A stretch of 63,618 nucleotides of DNA, counting the filler, from Folioceros fuciformis (Eukaryota), in assembly GCA_049999805.1 (NCBI GenBank). It is 13 parts of 13 records of this genome, joined end to end, with 100 filler letters (N's around TTAATTAATTAA, not from the genome) between each part and the next. Parts side by side here need not be neighbours in the genome. Positions count along the whole stretch, not along the records: positions 36,468 to 49,352 come from JBNGIO010005302.1; 12 more parts are not named here. The stretch is one strand, 5' to 3'. The notes beneath the pieces were generated by a model. That model was not told the DNA's origin and did not search any database. It saw only the letters and a program-made list of their open reading frames with translations. This document shows positions 37,187 to 49,452 of the stretch, piece after piece (position 1 is the first letter of the stretch; each line of letters begins with the position of its first letter). Position numbers and translations under genes: made by a program.

Positions 37187-37690
37187 AGTATGAGGCTCGC
37201 TCTTCGTTCTTCTCTTCACAAGATCAAAGCAAACTCCTGTGACCAATNNNNNNNNNNTCTTCGTTCTTCTCTTCACAAGATCAAAGCAAACTCCTGTGAC
37301 CAATTCTCCTCCTTGTCTCTTCCTCTCCTCTCCTTCACCATGCTCCTCTAGTGATCTTCACAAGTATGAGGCTCGTTCTTCGTTCTTCTCTTCACAAGAT
37401 CAAAGCAAACTCCTGTGACCAATTCTCCTCCTTGTCTCTTCCTCTCCTCTCCTTCACCATGCTCCTCTAGTGATCTTCACAAGTATGAGGCTCGTTCTTC
37501 GTTCTTCTCTTCACAAGATCAAAGCAAACTCCTGTGACCAATTCTCCTCCTCCTTGTCTCTTCCTCTCCTCTCCTTCACCATGCTCCTCTAACGATCCTT
37601 CACCATGCTCCTCTAACGATCCTTCATAAGTATGAGGCTCGTTCTTCGTTCTTCTCTTCACAAGATCAAAGCAAACCCCTGTGACCAATT
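37125..37690. repeat. 119-bp tandem repeat spanning the LTR end and flanking DNA
   Basis: Unit starts at 37304, 37423 and 37542; copy number is uncertain because of the 10-N gap at 37248. Confidence 0.85.
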
Positions 37691-38361
37691 TCTAACTTTT
37701 TCTTTTTCCATCTGGACCAACATCGATCTTGAGAAGCGACATACAAGAGGGAGTGACTGAATTCTAGCAACTGAATTGTAAATACCATGACATCCTGTTC
37801 TGAATTTTGTAGTACCTGTGGTGATAGGTGTAGTGATGAGAGTCGTCTGTCGGGCTTCAATTCTCGAAGCCTGGCGACATCTGATTTGCCGCAGCCCGAT
37901 TGTAGCAAGAAATCATAAATCAAACAGTATCGAGCCAAACTCGAGTTCCAAGGCTTTGGTCAGAAATCGTTGCGGAACATGGACCTCGCCTTTCATGGCA
38001 TTATCTGAAGCTTGCACATGTAATGCTTTCGGGGTTCGGGGCGCGGCCTTGGGCCTGCCGCAAGCATTCGAACTTCAGGCTTCCTTCCTTTAAACCGTAC
38101 TCGGTGCAAGGACGAGCCCGCCCCTGGCTCAATACAGGCTAAGGTACCGCGCAAGCTGCGTCCGACAAGGATCCCAAGCAGGAGATGGCTTCGACGATGG
38201 ACAGCAGGAAGGAAACCTCAAGCCGTTTCCAAGCGCGCCTGAAGTTCAGCTTCAAATGCTTGAGCAAGAAATGGCACAATGCAAGGCCCGAGTTACTCCA
38301 GGGAACCATAGGCGGTGAGACTTCCTACGATGAAGTTAGTTTCTTGGCTGAGAGTTTGATT

Positions 38362-38975
38362 GGACTAGTTCTGACACGGTTACGCGGGACTGGTTTCTCA
38401 CGCCGTAACTCATTCGGGACTAGTTTCTGACGCCGTAACTCATTCGGGACTAATATCTGACCCCGTTCCTCACTCGAGAGGAATTTCTGACCCCATTCCT
38501 CGCTCGGGACTACATACTGTAGTTCGTAAAGCCGCATCCCACCCGGACTAGTTTCTGAAACGATTCCTCACTGGGGACTAGTTTCTGACCCCGTTCCTCG
38601 CTCGGGAATAGTTTGTAACGCCACATCTCACTCGGGACTAGTATCTGACACCATTCCTCACTGGGGGCTAGTTTCTGACCTCGTTCCTCACTCGGGAATA
38701 GTTTCTGACCCCGCTCCTCACTCTGGACTAGTTTCTGACCCGGCTCCTCACTCGGGACTAGTTTCTGACCCCGTTTGTCACAAGAGACTAGTTTCTAATC
38801 TCGTTACGAGAGAGAGTTTTAGACGCCGTTACTCACTCGGGACTAGTTTCTGACCCCGTTACTAGAGATAGTTTCTGACGCCGTAACTCAATCGGGACAA
38901 GTTGCTGACCCCATTACTCGAGATAGTTTTTGATGCCGTAACTCACTCGGCGACTAGTTTGTGTACCCGTTACGG
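38362..38975. repeat. 30-bp minisatellite, about 20 degenerate copies
   Basis: Consensus CTAGTTTCTGACCCCGTTCCTCACTCGGGA repeats without unique spacers. Confidence 0.92.
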
Positions 38976-39574
38976 GGTACATAATGTGGCCTCACATCTG
39001 CAAACTCGCAGAGGTGCATATGGGGGGCACTTACGTCTTTCGTTTTGGTTTGAAATAAACAGCCTTCAACACAATGTTGACCTTTCAATCCCGCAAAAGC
39101 GCCCATCCGTACAGCTTTGACGGGAACGTTCTCCGCAACTTCCCTCGTCAGATACCTCGTACCTGTGGATGACTAAATTGTCCACAAACAATGAGGGCTC
39201 CTCTTCCCCCTACTTCATGACATGCCCCTGATATTTTCTCAGAATACAGTGCCAGCTCCTGAGAAGAACAAAGCCCCTTCAGAGTCCATTTCCCTGTGAT
39301 GCCGATGACAACAGACTTGAAACTGTTCCAAAAATTATCAGATTGCGACACTGCACCTGCTCCCTGACATAGAGAAACGTCTGCGACAACCTAAAGACAT
39401 CTCTGGCATTAGACCTGTTCACGCTTTTCCACATTTTGTTGGGAAGACATAGCTCCCTCTTATCACGTAGCCACGTCAAGCATGGGCAGCTGCAGTCCTC
39501 GCTCTGGTTGCAATCAAGCCACAGAGAAGACAAGGTCCTTATGCTCTCTGGCTACCTTCAGTCCAACGCAATGT

Positions 39575-41463
39575 TCACATTTGCAAGACTTCATCCTTGA
39601 GGAACTCTTCCAGAAACGACATAGCACTAGTAGGCTTGCGGCTGCCGGCCTTTGGGACACAGTTCCCACCAGTCTCAGTCAATGGTGGCACTGAATCATC
39701 TACCTCCTTGTTCAAGGTTGCCATCAGTAGCTCCATCGCACTCCCCTCAGAACCTCTACTTCTTCGCAAAGCAAGCCCACGATCTTGAGCAGCACTATGT
39801 TGTTCAGCAACAGCCGCTGCTGCTGCCTTCCTGGCAGCCACCAGCACAAAGTTCTCGTCTTCCCTAGGATGACCAACGTTTCCAGGGTCATCTGACTTTG
39901 AGACAACACTTGACAGGTCCTCTCCTGAAATGTTTTGCACATGACAGGAAGCCTCGTCTGAAACGAGGCTGTGCACCTGCTGGTTCTCAGAGACAGCTTC
40001 CACGTTGTTACCACTCTCTATTTGGACAGATGACAGGTCGTCAGAGAGTTGAGTGTATCCAGGAGGCACATCAGAGGCACCTGTTTCAATGGGCTTCTCC
40101 TGCAGAAGATGACGGTCCTTAGTCTCCTGGTCCACACGCTTCATTAACTTTTTGCGATCTTCTTCTGTGATTGGCTGCAGTCAGCAACACGATTCTGTTG
40201 AGCGATACGGCAAAAAGGAAACATTAATTGGACGCCAGCAAAGAGAAGCTGTTTCGCAGATCAGCAATACTAACCGCATGTGAGAAGCGGCATGTGACAC
40301 CATCAAAGCAGAACCCTCGAGTATGAAAGTACTTGCAGGGGAATGAAGCAAGATCGTGTGAGAAAGGGCAATCATCTCCCTTTAAACAACACGCCATGGT
40401 CAAAAACTTGCACGGCTACAGTCACAAAAACACTTGTGTCAGGGCCCCAGTAATGCTCAACCCAAGCACCACCTGCAAGAAACCTTCCAAGTTAACTAGG
40501 AGCATACCTCTGACTTCGTCACCGGAACACAGTCATGAGAAAAGGTGCAATCCTTTCCCTGCAAGGCGAACGCAAGATCCTGCACGTCAGGGCCCAAAGA
40601 TCTGCAGAGGCAAAACTCAACACCAGAGCAAGCCCTAAAGCTCCTGGGAAGAGATAACTGTAGCAAAGTGTTCACACTACCTCTCAATCATACCTTGGCA
40701 CACCTCCCCTTGAGAAAAAAGGTACAGAGTTTGCGCGGCGGCTCGCTTAATTTCACTCTCTTCGACGGCCTCAGGCCCATTTGTTTCTCCTTCTCGGCCC
40801 TCCGTTTTTTCCGATACAGAGCCTGCAGAAACAAGTATGTCACCACGGTGAGCTGAGCTGCATTGACGGCCGAAACAGGTTCCCGAAACCAGACTGCAGA
40901 GTCTGATTGCCAGATTCAGACACGGACTGATGCAAATTACCTTTTTCGCAAGCTTTCTCTGAAGTCCACCGCCCCGTTTTCCCTTCCCAGGATTTTGCGA
41001 ATCAAGCTGGAAAAGCCAGGCCAATCTGTCAACATAGCTGCAACCTCCACGATCTTAGGAAGACCCCCCCCGCAATTCCAGCAAACAGTTCATCCAGTTC
41101 GCAGGCACGAGCTGTTGCAGTACACACCTGCTCAATCTCCTCATCTCCGGCATCCGTGGTCCAAAGACCGACCTCGTCCTCGAGAAGACTTGCCAATCCA
41201 GACCTATCCTGCAGACGCATTACATCACGCTGTGAGACGTAGAAGTCGAAGGACCATCAAACGGACAGCCAAACGCTCCAAGCTGGATCGGAACGATCAA
41301 GAATCGCAGACTGGGAGCTCACCAGAAGCACCTCTCCTTCCTCAGGACCCTCGTCCTTCTCCTCTTCAGCTTCGGTGCTCAGATGCCGCGTGGTTGGGGC
41401 GAGAATCCCTGCGGTGTTCACCCGGCCCGAACCCCGACTGCTCTCAGTAGCGGGGCGGACCAT
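39575..41463 (-). CDS. Triple CCCH zinc-finger protein, C3H65/EMB1789 (ZC3H4/6/8)-like, 7 exons, about 402 aa
   Basis: Hand-spliced exons 41463-41323, 41208-41128, 41006-40941, 40822-40694, 40558-40508, 40415-40275 and 40174-39575, all GT-AG and phase 0. They give KKRRAEKEKQMG..CTFFLKGRCAKGKDCTFSH..PCKFLTMACCLKGDDCPFSHDLASFPCKYFHTRGFCFDGVTCRFSHAPITEE. The first exon is the least certain. Confidence 0.88.
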
Positions 41464-42619
41464 CACTAGGCACGGGAATGACCTGAGAAGCTTGCGCGTC
41501 ACCTCCTCTCGCACCCGACCTAATCAGGCACCTAGATCAGATACGACTCCTTTTCATGAGTGGTGCTGTCTATGGTGAGGAATAGTTTTGCGCTGGAGAA
41601 AACCATTCGCCGCTCCTGCTGGAGTTCCAGAATAGGCCCCGGCATGCAATGACAGGCAGCGCGTGGCGAGAGGAAAGGAGAGGCAGGAGCAGAAGCAGGA
41701 CGACGATCAGGCTTGGCAGAGCTGCCTGAATGTTCTTGGGAGAGGCAATCTCCAATCCGGCCCGGTCGGAGCACAGGCATCTGGGTTGCGCATTTCCCCT
41801 GGTTCGATCGGCCTACTATCGATCTTCGCTCCTACATTACCATAATGGTTTCGTCCCAGCCGCGACTGCCAACTCCAGGCCACGTTCCAACCGCGGTTAC
41901 TTGCTCCGAGCGCTGCTTGCAACACCAAATGGATATGGACACTACGTGATTTGCGAAGCTGGCACAGGTGTCCCAGCTGGCTGGGTTTTGGGTTTTGGCC
42001 CAGCGTACGGCTAGTGCACTTCGCTACAGGAGCAGCTTGGGCCCAGACATGTTCCCAGCGTGCCAAGACCGCTATGTTTGTACATGTGTACATACCTGTA
42101 TAGTACCGCCCTATATAGGGATAGGTAGTCAGTCCTCCCATTTAAATACATACATAGGTGCCTTTTACAACTTTTACCGAAGTGCCAGAGAAAGCTATGT
42201 ACGTATGTACGTTGCACAAGAACGTATTCGAATCTGGCATGCCCTCCCTACTTGCCATCTTCGAAGAGACAGCCAAATCGTTCCCAGGCAAGAATGCTCT
42301 TCGAGCCATGTAGCAATGAAGCTTGATGGGCAACGCCTACACTTCAGCCAGCTGGATTGTTTGCCCGCTAATGCACCTCACGGCTTACGTCTTCCACGGC
42401 GCAATCCAGTTCAAAGAAAGTTCTTCATTCAGTGCCAAGATGGTTGGTCCACAACGCCGATCCACAGACTGGGGCCATGGATGCAAGACACCAACCCTCT
42501 TGAGTGGTGGGGGTGTGGCACCCAAGCGTGTGAAAGGGGAGTACAAACAACGTCGGATTTGCAACGCGTTTGTAGCTAGCAGGGCTGCCGGCCACACTGA
42601 ACTCCATACGTGATGGAAT

Positions 42620-44433
42620 GAAGGCAAAGAGAGCTAAAGCCTTGTCCACTTGTCCTGCACGACCTGGCAGATCGACCATAAGTGTAATGGTCTTCAGTCG
42701 GAGGGATGGCATAGTGTCTCGTCATAGCCTCAAAGTACTCTTGCCCCTTGTCCACTAAGCAATCGTGACTGCATACTGTTGTTAACAGCACACTAAGGAA
42801 TGTGACGCCGTCTGGCTGAATGCCACTCTGTGCCATTGTGAGAACCAAGGCAAATGCCTCCTCACTGTCTCCTTGCCGCGTGTATCCTGCGATCAGAGAA
42901 ATTCCAGGCGACACAGTTTCTTTCGTCCAGTCCCAAACACCTGCCATGCGTCCACCATGCTCCCACACTTCCCGTGCATGTTTATCAAACTTCCAGCGCT
43001 TGAAGTCCCTCGTGTTTCTTTTCTGCATGAAGCTGCATTCCCACCTTCAGAGCTGCAACAAGTGCACATGCCTGAAGGAGGCAGACCAATGTCACTGAAT
43101 TGGGTGAAATGCCTTATTCATACATGGCCCGGTAAAGACGAAGGCCTCCCTCTCCCATTCCCTGCTGGGAACACGCTGCTGTCATGACAGTCCAGTTCAC
43201 CACATCCTTCTGAAGGAGTCTGTGAAATACGCCCGGAGCATCCTGTAAACTGTCGCAGTTTGCGTACATGTTCACCAAGCTGTTGGCTACAAACAAGTCA
43301 GCCTCAAGCCCCTGTACTTTAATTTCTGCATGAAGCTGCCGTCCCAGACCCTGGTGAGAGCGCGCTCGCCACCGGCACTGTGGGTGCCGAGGGAGGGAGG
43401 GAGGGCCGCGTGGGCCGTGGCGGCCCTCGATCCCGGCCGCACCTTCCTTTCTCCAGAGCAAGGTTGCCCACACTAGCATATGCCTGCAGAAGGGAAACAA
43501 CTGTCCCAGCATTAGGTCCAGCAAGGCCTTCTTCGTGCAAAGCACTTTGGAGACCTTCGAAGGGGTTGCTGCCCCTTGCCCTGCTGGAACTATCTTGATA
43601 CCGTCACACTCCAAGTCACCACATTGTTCTGACCAAGGCCATCAAATGCGACACGTCCACCACTAGGCTGCCACACTTCGCATACATGTCGACCAAACTG
43701 CTCGCGAGAAATACATCACCTTGAAGTCCTCGTTCTCCCATTTGCGCATGAAGCTGCTTGCCCTTCTCCAGAGTCGGGCTGCCCACCCTTGCACAAGCTT
43801 GTCCAAGGCATACAAATGTCACGGAATCAGGTCCAACTATGCCTTCTTCTTCCCTACCCGTCACAAGATGAAGAATCTTCCTGCCTCATGCCCTGCTGAG
43901 AATATCCTGTGATCATGGCATTCCACGTCACCAAAGTTTTTGGACCAAGCCCCTCGAACGCGCACACCGAGCATCCTCCAGGCTGCCACGCTTTACGTAC
44001 ATGTTCACCAGGCTCCCAGCAACAACTACATCGCCCTTGTATTATCCGTTGTTTACATGCACAGATGTTCTGGCACCCCACGTGAAGGCATCTGGTTCAG
44101 CAACCGCTGTGAACACATCCATAACTTCCTGCAAACTGTTATGAGAAGTGTACATCGCAGAATGTGGTTGCAAAAGAACGTGTCCGAATCGTACCCGTAT
44201 TTGACCGTGAGAGCATGAACTCTGCGGCCTAGAGCCAGATCCTTCTTAGCCACACACTCCTTCACCACCGTATTAACCAGAGAGTCGGATACTGTTGGGT
44301 GTGTAAGCACCAGAAGTCCTAAAGCCTCAACGGTGTCCGTGAGCTGTCCCTTCTGGCATAGCTCGCTCGCAGATGCGTGCATGGGAAGGCTTCCTTCCAA
44401 CGGCGCTGCACCTGGCAGCTTCTTTGCTACCAC
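42620..44433 (-). pseudogene. Degraded PLS-class PPR gene, tandem paralogue of the adjacent gene
   Basis: Fragments SELCQKGQL..LGRRVHALTVK.GY.SDTF.CNHILR, VTWNAMITGYSQQG, SLVDMYAKCGS, QPDGVTFLSVL and MVDLPGRAG are spread over several frames. Confidence 0.9.
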
Positions 44434-44549
44434 TTTGCTGGCTGCACAGCACCCCTCCCCAAACCGGCTCCTGTTGCCACTTACATGAGGGAATTGCAGC
44501 GCTGCCGACAGACATTGGCCTTCAGAAGAAAAATCGGGATGACCCTACT

Positions 44550-47549
44550 TCAGCCTTGCTTCACGCTCAAGATGTGGGGCGCCTTATCCCCGACTTTGAA
44601 GCTGTGCACCAGCCCGTCCATGTCTGCCCACCAGCTCTGTCCTGGCTGCTTCCATGCCCCGTGTCGCATTCGCTTGGCCTGCAGTTCTTGTGCCTGCTCC
44701 CACATCTGAGCACCGGTGTATATGCTCGACATCAACACGTACGCTGCTGCATCTTTCTCGTCCAGCTTGACTGCTTCATCAAACGCATGGCGAGCCAATT
44801 CCACGTTGCTCCACTTTCGACACGCGCCCAACAGAGTATGCCAAATTGCGAGATTAGGCAGCAGAGGCATCGTCCCCACCAAGGCAAGTGCCTCGCCCAG
44901 TTCTCCTGCACGACCTAGTAGATCCACCATGCACGTGTAGTGATCAGCAGTGGGAGAGAGGCCGTGGTGTTGGCTCATAGCCTCGAAGTACTCCCGTCCC
45001 CTTTGCACAAGACCCGTATGACTGCACACTGTTAGGACACTGAGGAACGTGATGCCGTCTGGCTGTATGCCATCGTCTCTCATTCTGACAGCCAGATGAA
45101 AGACCTCTTCACTGTCTCCATGCCTACTGTATCCTGCTATCAATGCACTCCACGTGAAAATATCTCTTTTAGGCAATGCCTCAAACACTTGCTGCGCGTC
45201 AACCATGCTACCGCACTTCCCGTACATGTTCACCAAGCTGCCGGCTACAAGCAAGTCCGCTTGAAGACTTCGGTCTTTGATCTGTGCATGAAGATGCCTG
45301 CCCAGATGCAAAGCTGCCACACTCGCACATGCTTGAAGGAGGCAAACAAATGTCACAGAATTGGGTGCAACCAAGCCTTCTTCTTGCATAGTACTGTAAA
45401 GTCGGAGGGCCTCCAGACCCATACCCTGCTGGGAATATTCTGCTATCATGGCACTCCATGTCACCACATTTTTTTCATCCAGACCGTCAAGCAGGCCCTG
45501 AGCATCCTCTAGGCTGCCACACTTCGCATACATATCTACCAAACTGCTAGCGACAACTACGTCTGCTTCTAGCCCTCGTTCTCTAATCTCTCCATGAAGC
45601 TGCTTCCCCTTCTCCAGAGCGAAGGGGCCAACGGTTGCACATGCCTGCAGCAGACACACAAACGTGACTGCATCGGGAGCAGCCATGCCTCCTTCTTGCA
45701 TTGCCCTGTAAAGACCAAGGGCTTGATGGCTCAGTCCTTGGCGGGAATATCCCGCTATCATGGCATTCCACGTCACAACATCTTTCTGGGTCAGTGCTTC
45801 AAACACATCGCGAGCATCCTCTATGCTGCCACACTTTGCATACATGCTTACCAAACTGTTGGTTATAAACACATCTTCAAGTCCTCGTTCCCTGATTTGT
45901 GAATGAAGTTGCATTCCCTGCTCCAAAGCAAGGTTGCCCACACTTGCACATGACTGGAGGAGGCACACAAAGGTCACAGAATCCGGTGTAATGACACCTT
46001 CTCTTTCCATAACGCCATAAAGCTGCAAAGCGTTCTGCCCCATGCTCTTCTCGGAATATCCTGCTATCATGGCATTCCATGTCACCACAGTTTTCCTACC
46101 AAGACCCTCAAACACGCCCAAAGCATTTTCCACGCTCCCACACTTGGCATACATGTTTACCAGGCTCCCACCTACGACAACATCAGCCTGAATCCCTCGT
46201 TCTGTGATCTTTGCATGAAGCTGCTTCCCCACCTCCAAAGCCGAAATGCCCACACTTGCACATGCTTGCAAGAGGCAGACAAACGTCACAGAGTTGGGTG
46301 TAGCCAAGCCTTCCTCTTGCATTGCCCGGTAAAGACGAAGGGCTTCCTGACCCATGCCCTGCTGGGAATATCCTGCTATCATGGCGTTTCAAGTCACCAC
46401 ATCCTTTACTGAAAGCCCGCCAAAAACTCTTTCAGCATCTTCCAAGCTGCCACACTCTGCATACATGTCTACCAAGCAACTACACACAAATAAGTCAGGC
46501 TCAACCCCACTGCCTAAGACATCAGCATGGATTTGCTGCCCAGATTTCAGGTCTGCTCGCCTTGCACAAGCCTGAAGGGCCACTACAAACACCTGCCCGT
46601 TCGGATTCACACTTGACCTGCGCATCCGATGATACAATTGTATGGCCTGCTCATCTTGACCGTGTCTGACATGGGCAGATATCATCGCACACCACGTGAA
46701 AGCATCTGGTTTGGTAACCACCCAGAACACATCCAAGGCTTCCTGCAACCTGGCATGAGAAGCATACATTCGCAGGATGTGATTGCACAAGAACGTGTCC
46801 GACTCATACCCCGTCTTCACGGTGAGAGCGTGAACACGGCGACCCAGGGGCAGATCCTTCTCAGCCACGCATCCCTTCAACACCATGTCAAAGAGAGATT
46901 TCGAAACAGAACAGTCTATTTGCACCAGAAGTCCCAGAGCTTCCACGGCATCAGGCACTAGCCCATGCTCACAGAGCTCGCTTACGGTTTCAACCGTCAC
47001 ACAGTTGTCGTATCCTGCAAGCCTGCAGCCATCCAGGTCGCTCCAGTGGGATGTATCACCCATCGGCATACCCGGATCAGCAAGCTGCGTATTTATCCAA
47101 GCTGACGTCTGGAAGTTCCAGAGCTCTTTATCTCGCAATTCCGGCGGACGACAGCTCCCCTGGTGTAGAACCACAGAGTGGAGGGCATGTGAATGAGTCT
47201 CGCTGGAAGTGACGTCCCCAGCCACGCATCCGCCTCTTGGAGCGATGCTGCATCTCGCAGCTCCTTTGATTGCCAGGGGTTGGTTGGTAGAATTCGCAGA
47301 CGCCGAAGCTCTACCTACAGTGCCTACTAACCTCCGCACAGACGTCCACGATTGCTGTAACAATCTGACTTCCACATGGCCTGATACTACAAGTAGAGCA
47401 ACTAAGGTGAGGCATTCATGTTGCCCGTGCTGTGGACGACGCGTGGGAGGAAGTTGGAGTAGGATTGAGGCAGTTAGACCTTGCTTCGCGGGCAGAAAGT
47501 GTGCGGCGCAAGTACCGTAGGAGGAAGTTTGGCTGGCCGGTTGCTGCAT
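44550..47549 (-). CDS. Intronless PLS-class PPR protein (about 20 motifs, E1-E2, WW-type PG box, no DYW core) with one in-frame TGA at 46389-46391
   Basis: The 386-aa and 610-aa ORFs share a frame: GTG GTG ACT TGA AAC GCC ATG = VVT*NAM, where sister motifs read VVTWNAM. The C-terminus is WKQPGQSWWADMDGLVHSFKVGD..*. Confidence 0.92.
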
Positions 47550-48119
47550 CGATCGACCACGAGGAGCTAGAAGCTAGCTGTGCACTGGTGCGCAGGGATA
47601 TGCATTAGTAGCGTGTGCTCATTCTGAGGGTCCAGGGTTGGACTCGGGTCGGCCCTGTAGTCTCCAGCTAACGATTTCAGGTGTGGCACTTGCTTCTTTA
47701 TTTCAGATAATAGGGGGATCAGACTTGGATACAAAGCCACGGCTCTCAGAACCCTCGTCATCCCAAGCAAAAAGAAGTTCGTCCATCCACCAGCTCTGGC
47801 TCTGGCCTGGCTGTTCCACGCCCCAATTCCGTTTCTCCTTGCCTGCATACCGGAAGGCTTAAAAATGGGGCCCTACGCAAGATCAAGCGAAACGGCAGGA
47901 GAGTGGCTAGTTTTATTGTGCTAATCATGCTTGTCTCTAGGGAAGATAGTTTGGCTCATGAGGCTATTAGTCTCGGTCAAGTAGGTACAGAAATTGGAGT
48001 GGAAAGTCCTCACCAGCAATGGCACAAGTGAAATAAAGAGAAAATTAAAAGTAAAAAAGTGAAAGCTAAATATAGAGCAAGAAGAAAATGTGTGTTTTAG
48101 GCAAAACTCTTAAGAAGTT

Positions 48120-49352
48120 GAAGCACTTCCCAATACCTTAAGGATTGTCCCCAAAGTTAAGACCTAAGTATAGAGGTCCTTTTGTAGTTCTGAAGCACGT
48201 TGGGAATGTGGCTTACAAACTACAACGGCCTAATTGGATCTTCTCTCATGGTATGTTTCATATGTTTCATGTCTCTTTGCTGAAACCTTTTATGATTTTA
48301 AAAGAGAATGAAGACATGAACCAGAAAGACTATATCATCATGGTTTAATATAACCATAGTGTGCAAGAGATTGTTAAATTCCTAGCAGAGAGAGAAATGC
48401 CTTCTATTCATGGTAATGTTCTAGAGTATCCAGTAAGGCTTTATGATTTTGCAGATCTTGTTTGGGTTTCACTTTAAGATGTGCAACAAGGATCATGGAT
48501 GATCTCACGTTATACTGCAAGGTATCATTGAGGACAATGACACCTTCCTAGTGGAGGAGAGAGTAATAGCACAAGTGAAATAAGGTGAAAATTAAAAGTA
48601 GAAAAAAGAAAGCTGAATCTGAAGTTGTCTTGATGAAGAAACAAGTATGCTTCTTGCTGCCTTTGGAAACAAGATATGTGTTCCAATCAAAACCTTCTAA
48701 GAAGGATGGAGTTGTAATGACCACTAGTATTCTAAGATGAGTGGTGTGTATGATTCCCAACTTTAGCAATGGCTTAGCTGTGGAGTATAAATAGGCCAGT
48801 GCTAAGGTCTTGAGAAGATACACAGAGAGATAGAGAGAGGTAGATAGTGAGAAGTCTAGCATTGAGACATAGTTGTGGAGGGCTTGAACAGCAAGCTTGT
48901 CAAATTGAGTCAAGGGTAGTAGCTAGTAGGGCGTAGATCGCCAGACTCTTTTGTAAGTATCTTGAATAAAGAGCAGCACCTCGAGGACGTGGTCTACAAG
49001 GCTCTTGAATAAAGAGCAGCACCTAGAGGAGGTGGTCTACAAGTCGTCAGTGGACGGCAGGCTACTTGGAGCCTAATGCTCCTCTAGGTGGTCTACGAGT
49101 CGTTAGTAGACAGCGGGCTACTTGGAGCCTAGTACTGAGTCGTGTGAGAGGGAGTGAATGATTTGTAAGTGGAGCACTGCGGAGTGAATAGACGAGATTC
49201 GAGGCTGTTGATTTCTTTTTCGCTGTCGCTTCCTTTTACGCTGTCGCTTCTTTTTACGCTGTCGCTTCTTTTTACGCTTCTGCTTCCTTTTACGCTTCTG
49301 CTTCCTTTTACGCTTCTGCTTCCTTTTACGCTTCTGCTTCCTTTTACGCTTC
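48120..49352 (+). mobile_element. Ty3/gypsy (chromovirus-like) integrase C-terminus, PPT and LTR
   Basis: KLRPKYRGPF..VGNVAYKL..FHVSLLKPF; purine tract at about 48552-48562, followed by LTR-like sequence with internal duplications. Confidence 0.75.
49216..49352. repeat. 18-bp tandem repeat (CCTTTTACGCTTCTGCTT), about 7 copies
   Basis: Directly visible; runs into the scaffold edge. Confidence 0.9.
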
Positions 49353-49452
49353 NNNNNNNNNNNNNNNNNNNNNNNNNNNNNNNNNNNNNNNNNNNNTTAA
49401 TTAATTAANNNNNNNNNNNNNNNNNNNNNNNNNNNNNNNNNNNNNNNNNNNN

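Noticed and set aside
38362-38975. CRISPR-like periodicity in the 30-bp, 33-bp and 50-bp arrays
   Set aside because: There are no unique spacers and no cas genes, and the context is eukaryotic.
41968-42579. 203-aa plus-strand ORF between the CCCH gene and the PPR pseudogene
   Set aside because: It has a non-ATG start, crosses low-complexity TACA/TGTA sequence and has no motifs.
46389-46391. A-to-I or organellar-type editing restoring the PPR Trp codon
   Set aside because: C-to-U and U-to-C editing cannot turn UGA into UGG, and nuclear mRNA A-to-I editing is not established in plants.
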